Part shown: positions 57,717 to 64,000 of the stretch, piece by piece
Numbering within the stretch: position 1 is the first letter of the stretch
Layout: each line of letters begins with the position of its first letter
From: Azolla caroliniana
Taxonomy: Eukaryota; Plantae; Polypodiophyta
Direction: 5' to 3'
Assembly: GCA_043228905.1 (NCBI GenBank)
Contig: JBHGNT010000010.1
Span: 21,700,001-21,764,000, forward strand
Length of the DNA: 64,000 nt
The notes under the pieces: generated by a model
Databases searched by the model: none
What the model was told of the DNA's origin: nothing
The model's input: only the letters and a program-made list of their open reading frames with translations
Position numbers and translations under genes: made by a program

Positions 57717-60700
57717 CTATGTTTGAGCTATTTGCTTGTCAAATGACTGGCTACCTTCAGTCTTAACATGCTTATTAGTATGAGAAGGAGACTTCATGCA
57801 TGAATTACAATTCCAGCACCCTAACTTCTTTCTTCTCTTGTTGCTATTGCTTCTACTAAGGGATACATTTCTCTCTGACCCAAATAGCAACAAGAACCAG
57901 GAGAGCCCGTATCCTCGAAGCCTTCGGTTCCGTTCAATGCTGCTTGAAACTTTATTCCTTGAGACACTTGCTTCCCGTCTCCTCCGCGAAGAGGTTTCTC
58001 CTTCTCCTTCTTCTTCTTCTTCTTCTACATCTTCTTCCTCCTCTTCTGGCCTATTTAAAAGCTGTCTTTGGGTGATCTCAATGGTAGAGCTAACTCTCAT
58101 AAGCTCCTTCCCCACCGATTGTAGATCAAGCGAATGTCTTCTAGTCAATGCTTTGTAACTCTTCATTTGTTCCATCAGCTTCCCCACATATTCATCATCC
58201 CATCCATCCATTGTAGGGGCACTCTCTTTGCTCACAAGATCAAGTACTTGCACTTCTAATTCCTCGGTTACAGCCTCCTGCTGCTCAGTCCAAGGCATAA
58301 CCGTTTCCTTCATTTTGCTCACTTGCTGCCTCTGCAATACCAATTCTTCTGTTAACTTGTTAACTCTTTCCTCGGCTCTTTTCCTCTTATCCACCCATTG
58401 GTGTTTTTGCCTCGCATCCATCGATCCTTGTTGCGCATTCCCTTCTTTGAGAAGCTTTTGTAGTTCTCCTAACTCTGCTTCCATCTTCTCCACTTGTTCC
58501 ACACGGGCTTGTAGGTCTTCTTTAAGTTTCATGCGTTCTTCCTTCAATCCTATCAACTCACTCTCCAGCTTTTCATCCATCAGTACTTGATGCAAGCGTG
58601 TACCAAGGTTTATATGCAACCTAGCTAGCCCCTGCAGCTCACCCTCCCCTTCTATAGAGCGTGTTTCCAGTGCTTCGATTTCTTCTTGCAGTAGCTCTTT
58701 AGCTGCAGTGATGAGAGATGTTTCTTGAACATCTTTGGCAGCTGCCTCCTCTTCATTAGTAGTCTCCCTCATCCTCAATTGAATGGAGGGTGATCTTGGT
58801 TGTTCTGATATATTTGGCTGCCTCGTCTCTTCTGCAGAGGCTTCCTCTGCTACTTTGCCCGAGTAGTTTTGTAATAGCATTCTCAGGTTTTCCACGGCCT
58901 TGTGCAACACAGTGACATCCTCCACTATTTCTTGATGTTGCATTGACACTAGGGCTGTGGCAAGTTCTAGATCAGAAGTTTTATCTTGCAGGCTATCTAG
59001 ATTCATGCCCTCAATAACCATCTCTTCATATCGTGACAATCTCTCTTCTTCCAGAGGAATGCTATTATAGCCTCCTTTTTGCAAGGTATTCAGTATTTCC
59101 ACACATTCCTGGAATTTTCTATCTTCATCGTTACCATCGAGCAGCTCTTTCGCCACCAGTCTGATCTCCTCACACAAGATGAGTAAATTATCTTTCAAAA
59201 GCAACGCATATGTGATATCCTTTTCTTGCAAGTCAGATAGCATCACATGTAGTTTTTTGTTCTCCATCTTTACAGTCTCCAGTTCTACTTTTAGTTCATT
59301 ATTCTCTTCCCCCATTCCATGTGTCTTGCCTTGCAGATTGTATAATAATTTCTCAGCATTCTGCATTTCAGAAGCAGAGTCTGCCTGCCTATTTATCCTC
59401 TCATCCTCTACAGCTTCTGGATTTTGTTCGATTCTTGCTGCAAGCTGTCCTCTTTTATGTTCATCCTTGAAGACAACTACTTTCTCCTTCAGTTTGTTGA
59501 CAACATCTACCATTACAAGAACCATACTCTTCAAACTGAAGCTTTCAACCGCATTTTCAGAGTTGATTGTTTCCGTGTGATGAAATGGCTGTTTCATAAA
59601 TTCATCATGGATGATTTCAGACAAAATCACTTCCTTTGCAGCTCCATAGGTCCCATTTTGCGCTTTGAAGTGGAATATCTGTTTCTTAATATTGGCAATT
59701 GTTTCCTCTTCTAATAAAGCAATTTCATCCCTGGCAGGAGTGAAGCTGCCATCACTGTCGTTCGACATCATCCGATCAATATGTTCCATCTCAGATAGCA
59801 TCTGAGATAAATCCCTGACATGTTTCTGGAGTCCAATCCATAATGCATGTTTCATCTTATGTGTGCTGTCAAAAGCTAATTCACCCTCCAGATCTTGCAC
59901 GAGAACATCTTCGTCCAGTTTAGCTACCAAGCTTTCTTTAGGAACCTCAAGTGCTTTATAATGAGATTCTAACTCAGCCATAGATACGTTAGGGTAAGTT
60001 ACTTCTTTAGTGCCATTGCGTGCATGTAGCTTCATGTGGTTATTCTCTTCTTCTGATCTATTCAATGGTTTCTGTGATTCCTCCACCTGTATTAGCAGCA
60101 ATCCAGTAGCTTTTACCGATTCTTCATGTTCTTCCTCTGTTTGAAGAGGCATCTGTCTCATGTTCTCCAATTCTGTTGGTTCAGCCGAAACATTGGCGTT
60201 CACAAGAATATTCTCTTCGTCCACTTTGGAAACTGCAGATATGTGTTTTTTACTCTGTTCTCCACACGAATCACCCACCACTGCTTTTTCTTGATGAGAT
60301 ACTGCAATAGACTTGCTTTCATTCTGTAACTTCCAAACTCTCTCATGTAGCTCCTGCGACAAGTTCTCTAATTCTGTTGCTTGGGCAGCCAGTTTGTTCT
60401 TCAGCATCATGTTCACTTCCTCCACTTTGGAAACTGTAGCTTTATGTTCTTCCACCTGTCCTCTAAGGAAACTATTCTCTGCAACTTTTTCTTGATGAGA
60501 TGCTGCAATAGATTTGTTTTCATTTTGCAACATGAAAACTTTCTCATGATGCTCATTTGTCAGCTTCTCTAAAACTGTGGCTTGGGCAGCCAAATCTAAA
60601 ATCAGCATCACGTTCTCTTCTTCCACCTTCGAAACTGTAATTTTATGTTCTTCCACCTTTCCTCTAAGCAAAGCATTCTCTGCAACCTTTTCTTGATGAG

Positions 60701-63700
60701 AAGCTGTGATGGATTTGCTTTGATCTTGTAACTTAAGGACCCTATCATGAACCTCCTTCAGCTGAACATTTTGAAGATCCTTTAGGACCGCTTTCAATTG
60801 CATAATCTCTGTCAGGCCACTATCCAACTTAAAGGCCATGTCCTTGTTCTCTTCTGTCAGAGATGCCACTTTGTTTTGCAGTTCATACACAAGCTTTTCT
60901 TTTACAGACAACTCCTCTACAGCTTCCAAATGCTTGCTTTCTAAGACAGATGATTCATTATGTAGTTCATTTACCATCCTAGATTTAGATTCTAGCTCCA
61001 TTTTAAGATGAGACATTTCCTCAATCGTAGTCTTCACAGCTGCATCATGGGAATCCTTATCTTTCTGGAGGTGCTGTTTTAGGCTTACACATTCCTCCTC
61101 TATTGAGGAGAGGGTTTTCTGTAAACTTTCTGCTTCAACCGAGAGCCTCTGCATAGCCTCATCCCTTTGATGAAGCTGCACTTTTAGGTCTTCAAGTTCT
61201 TTCTCTAGATTTGTCACCTGATTAACAAATAGGGATTTCTCCTTTCGCAAAGCCACTCCCTCAGCTTGCAAAGTATTGATCTCTTCGTTGAACTTGATGG
61301 CTTCCTGTTGTTGAAGCATAAGCTCATTTCTACTTTGGAAATTTTCTGAGTTGAGATCCTCGATTTGTTTTTCCATGGTCTTTAGTTTTGAATTCCATTC
61401 ATGATTCATCTTTGAATACTGCTCTGCTGCATCAAGTTTGTTAGCTTCTGCAGATTTAAGCTGCTCTTGCAAATGGTTTGCCTCTTTAACCTTATCATTT
61501 AACTGCAGCCTTCCAGCCTCGACATTCAATGATAACTCATCTCGTTCATGTTGTGTAGTTTCCAATTCTTTCTTAATTTCATCTAACTTCTCTTCGACTT
61601 CTGCTTTCTTCTTTTGCAAATCACCAAGGACCTGTTCAAGCTCCCCTTTAGCTGCAAGTGTTGCAGATAAATCCTGCTTGAGCAACTTGTTCCCGTCCCT
61701 CTGCCTTCTAATCTCTTCATTGCTCTCTAGTATTGTATTCTCAGCATCCCTTCTGTAAGCCACCGACAGAGTAACTAGTCCCTCTAGCCTTTCATTCTCG
61801 TGTTGCATATCTGCAAGCTTGTCCTGAAGCATGTTTCCTTCCACCTCGCGGCTTTCGGCATGTGATAAAGACAAATGCAACTGTTTCTCGAGTTCTAACT
61901 TTACTGCTTGCAAAGCCAAAACATCTTGCTCTAATTTTCCCACTTCCTCAAACTTAGAGTTCAAGGCATCCTCTATTTTAGCATTATCTTGTTTAAGTTG
62001 AACAAGGTTAGTTTGCATTTTCAGCAGGTCACTAGTTGCTGTTGTCGCTTCAGACTTCTTTTGCTCCAAATCTTTCAGCAAATCGGCACATTTCTTAGCT
62101 AGAGCATCTTTCTCCCCAATAGCTAAGTGTAAGGCATTCTCAGTTTCCGCATTATCTTGTTTGAGTTGAACAACATTAGCTTGCATTCTCAGCAGTTCAC
62201 CAGTTGCTCTTATGGCGTCAGACTTCTTTTCCTCCAAATCTTTAAGAATGTTCGTGTATTTTTTATCTAGTTCATCCTTTTCCAGAATAGCCAAGTTTAA
62301 AGTATCCTCGGTTTTAGCATTATCTTGTTTCAGTTGAACAATGTCAGTCTGCATCTTCAGTAGGTCTCCAGTTGCCCTTATGGCTTCAGACTTCTGTTCC
62401 TCCAAATCTTTCAGCAGATCTGTGAATTTGTGATCTAGTGCATCCTTCTCTTCAATAGTTAAGTTTAGTCTGTCCATAATAATCTTTTTATCCTGTTCTG
62501 CACTGTTCAATGCTTGTTGCAACCTCTGAAAATCCTCATCTTGCTTATGCATATCTTTCTTCAAGGATTCAACAATGCAAGTGAGTTGCTTTTTCTCATT
62601 CAGAAGGTTCAACACTTCTTCCTTGAGACTGTCACCTGTCTGCAATGCCACCATTATATCTTTCTCCATTACCCCTTTCTCGCTCTCTAACACTTTGATA
62701 TGTTCCTCCAGCTCATTATATTTTTCTACATGAGTACTGATGTTTCTAGTTAAATTCGCTCTATCTTCTGTGAGCAGGATAATCTCTTTCTGGAAATCAT
62801 CGATTTGCTTCATCATGGAAAGCTTCTCTTCCTGCCTTTTCTTCTGGTCTTGTGAATAGGAATTGTTGGCTGCTTCAGCCTTGGAAAGTGTTTCATTCAA
62901 TGTCTCTATTTCTGTCATTAGCTTCTGAGTAACATCAGAGCTCTTTTGCAACTCTAAAAGTAATGATTCTTCTCGGTTTTTCAAAACAGATTTATCTTCC
63001 TGTAAAAGGGCCACATCCTTGCAAAGCATTGAATTCTTGTTCTCCAGAAGAGCAACCTCGGCCTCAAGATTGCCAATGTCTCTCACCTTGTTTTGAGCTT
63101 CATTTATTAGGTTTACATTTCGTGCATCCAAATCAGAAAGTTTGCATTGCAAATTATGTATTTCTACCTTAGCCTTCTCATTATCTTCTACTATGATTTT
63201 ATTTTCTTCTTCAACCTTAACAAGCTGATCTTTCAGTGACAGATTTTCCCGCTGCATTATTTCCTTGTTGCTTTCCAAACTAGAGATTATATGCTGCATG
63301 TCATTATGCCGGTTTGAATGAGTAGCAACCTCACCAAGAAGTAGAAATCGCTCTTCTGTTAAATGGCGATGATTTGTTTCAAGCTCCTCATGATTTTTCT
63401 TTACAGTAAATATCTCATCTAAATATTTCTGTTGTTTAAGAAGCAGAACTTTATTTGCTTCTTTTTCTGAGACATTAGCTTGATGTAACTCCTTCACTTC
63501 TAACTCAAGGTGGTTTTTCCTCACCAAGCATTCCCCAAGTTCTGTGGATAAAGAATCACATTGCTCTTTGAGAGAATTTATCCGCTCCTCTAGACCATGT
63601 TCATGGACTAAACGTGATGAAATGTCAGCATTCAATGCTACAATTTGGCCATGCAAATCTGAAATTTTTTCACTTAATATTTCAATGCTTCTTTCTTTCT

Positions 63701-64000
63701 CGGCCAGTTGATCAACCACTGATCCATGTGCAATCACTTCTTGGGAGAGTTTTAGCTTCAAATCATTTATTTGAGCTTCAAAATCACCGAGTTTCCTGGT
63801 GCAATCTTCATTCTGCCTTGCTAACGAGATGTTATCTTCCCTTGAATTGTGGATCTGTTCTTCTAGTGATTTGACTTCATTCTTCAGTTTTTCGATGACC
63901 TGAGCCTTAGCATGATCTTCGTATTGAAGAGATTTTTGAGCTACCATAAGGATTGCAAGTTCTTCCTGAACTTTCTGAGCTGCCTCAGCTGTGACTTGAT
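57717..64000 (-). CDS. Very long coiled-coil protein, 5' end outside the window; possibly NETWORKED (KIP1-like) family
   Basis: Intronless ORF of >2090 codons, still open at 64000, with E/K/L/Q heptad composition. The C-terminal LFG...KRRKKLGCWNCNSCMKSP resembles NET1/NET2 C-termini. The diagnostic NAB domain would lie upstream and is not seen. Confidence 0.8.
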   Translation of the reverse strand, partial: QVTAEAAQKVQEELAILMVAQKSLQYEDHAKAQVIEKLKNEVKSLEEQIHNSREDNISLARQNEDCTRKLGDFEAQINDLKLKLSQEVIAHGSVVDQLAEKERSIEILSEKISDLHGQIVALNADISSRLVHEHGLEERINSLKEQCDSLSTELGECLVRKNHLELEVKELHQANVSEKEANKVLLLKQQKYLDEIFTVKKNHEELETNHRHLTEERFLLLGEVATHSNRHNDMQHIISSLESNKEIMQRENLSLKDQLVKVEEENKIIVEDNEKAKVEIHNLQCKLSDLDARNVNLINEAQNKVRDIGNLEAEVALLENKNSMLCKDVALLQEDKSVLKNREESLLLELQKSSDVTQKLMTEIETLNETLSKAEAANNSYSQDQKKRQEEKLSMMKQIDDFQKEIILLTEDRANLTRNISTHVEKYNELEEHIKVLESEKGVMEKDIMVALQTGDSLKEEVLNLLNEKKQLTCIVESLKKDMHKQDEDFQRLQQALNSAEQDKKIIMDRLNLTIEEKDALDHKFTDLLKDLEEQKSEAIRATGDLLKMQTDIVQLKQDNAKTEDTLNLAILEKDELDKKYTNILKDLEEKKSDAIRATGELLRMQANVVQLKQDNAETENALHLAIGEKDALAKKCADLLKDLEQKKSEATTATSDLLKMQTNLVQLKQDNAKIEDALNSKFEEVGKLEQDVLALQAVKLELEKQLHLSLSHAESREVEGNMLQDKLADMQHENERLEGLVTLSVAYRRDAENTILESNEEIRRQRDGNKLLKQDLSATLAAKGELEQVLGDLQKKKAEVEEKLDEIKKELETTQHERDELSLNVEAGRLQLNDKVKEANHLQEQLKSAEANKLDAAEQYSKMNHEWNSKLKTMEKQIEDLNSENFQSRNELMLQQQEAIKFNEEINTLQAEGVALRKEKSLFVNQVTNLEKELEDLKVQLHQRDEAMQRLSVEAESLQKTLSSIEEECVSLKQHLQKDKDSHDAAVKTTIEEMSHLKMELESKSRMVNELHNESSVLESKHLEAVEELSVKEKLVYELQNKVASLTEENKDMAFKLDSGLTEIMQLKAVLKDLQNVQLKEVHDRVLKLQDQSKSITASHQEKVAENALLRGKVEEHKITVSKVEEENVMLILDLAAQATVLEKLTNEHHEKVFMLQNENKSIAASHQEKVAENSFLRGQVEEHKATVSKVEEVNMMLKNKLAAQATELENLSQELHERVWKLQNESKSIAVSHQEKAVVGDSCGEQSKKHISAVSKVDEENILVNANVSAEPTELENMRQMPLQTEEEHEESVKATGLLLIQVEESQKPLNRSEEENNHMKLHARNGTKEVTYPNVSMAELESHYKALEVPKESLVAKLDEDVLVQDLEGELAFDSTHKMKHALWIGLQKHVRDLSQMLSEMEHIDRMMSNDSDGSFTPARDEIALLEEETIANIKKQIFHFKAQNGTYGAAKEVILSEIIHDEFMKQPFHHTETINSENAVESFSLKSMVLVMVDVVNKLKEKVVVFKDEHKRGQLAARIEQNPEAVEDERINRQADSASEMQNAEKLLYNLQGKTHGMGEENNELKVELETVKMENKKLHVMLSDLQEKDITYALLLKDNLLILCEEIRLVAKELLDGNDEDRKFQECVEILNTLQKGGYNSIPLEEERLSRYEEMVIEGMNLDSLQDKTSDLELATALVSMQHQEIVEDVTVLHKAVENLRMLLQNYSGKVAEEASAEETRQPNISEQPRSPSIQLRMRETTNEEEAAAKDVQETSLITAAKELLQEEIEALETRSIEGEGELQGLARLHINLGTRLHQVLMDEKLESELIGLKEERMKLKEDLQARVEQVEKMEAELGELQKLLKEGNAQQGSMDARQKHQWVDKRKRAEERVNKLTEELVLQRQQVSKMKETVMPWTEQQEAVTEELEVQVLDLVSKESAPTMDGWDDEYVGKLMEQMKSYKALTRRHSLDLQSVGKELMRVSSTIEITQRQLLNRPEEEEEDVEEEEEEGEGETSSRRRREASVSRNKVSSSIERNRRLRGYGLSWFLLLFGSERNVSLSRSNSNKRRKKLGCWNCNSCMKSPSHTNKHVKTEGSQSFDKQIAQT

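Noticed and set aside
57796-63874. Ser/Leu/Phe-rich plus-strand ORFs
   Set aside because: Antisense shadows of the E/K-rich coiled-coil ORF.

Overview
Eukaryotic nuclear DNA from a land plant. A fern is likely, inferred from gene content, abundant (GA)n tracts, RTE-X-like LINEs and a Cassandra-like 5S relic. Seven spliced or large genes were read by eye: lipin/phosphatidate phosphatase (PAH, +), beta-ureidopropionase (PYD3, -), an ASHR3/SDG4-like PHD-SET methyltransferase (-), MTP7/MTPc4 cation transporter (+), EXECUTER (-), FAM136A/DUF842 (-), and a >2000 aa coiled-coil, probably NET-family, protein running off the right edge (-). The 3' half of PAH is repeated across a 100-N gap, probably an assembly or haplotype artefact. 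Mobile DNA includes a near full-length LINE nested in a hAT MITE, next to a TA-flanked MITE. There are also truncated LINE copies, a 5S-derived Cassandra-like relic and a tRNA-SINE head. The most unusual item is a canonical 34-nt group II intron domain V, followed by a domain VI-like hairpin running into (TC)n. It sits in a stack of insertions, each bracketed by (GA)n, inside a GC-AG intron of PAH. All coordinates were derived manually and may be off by a few bases.
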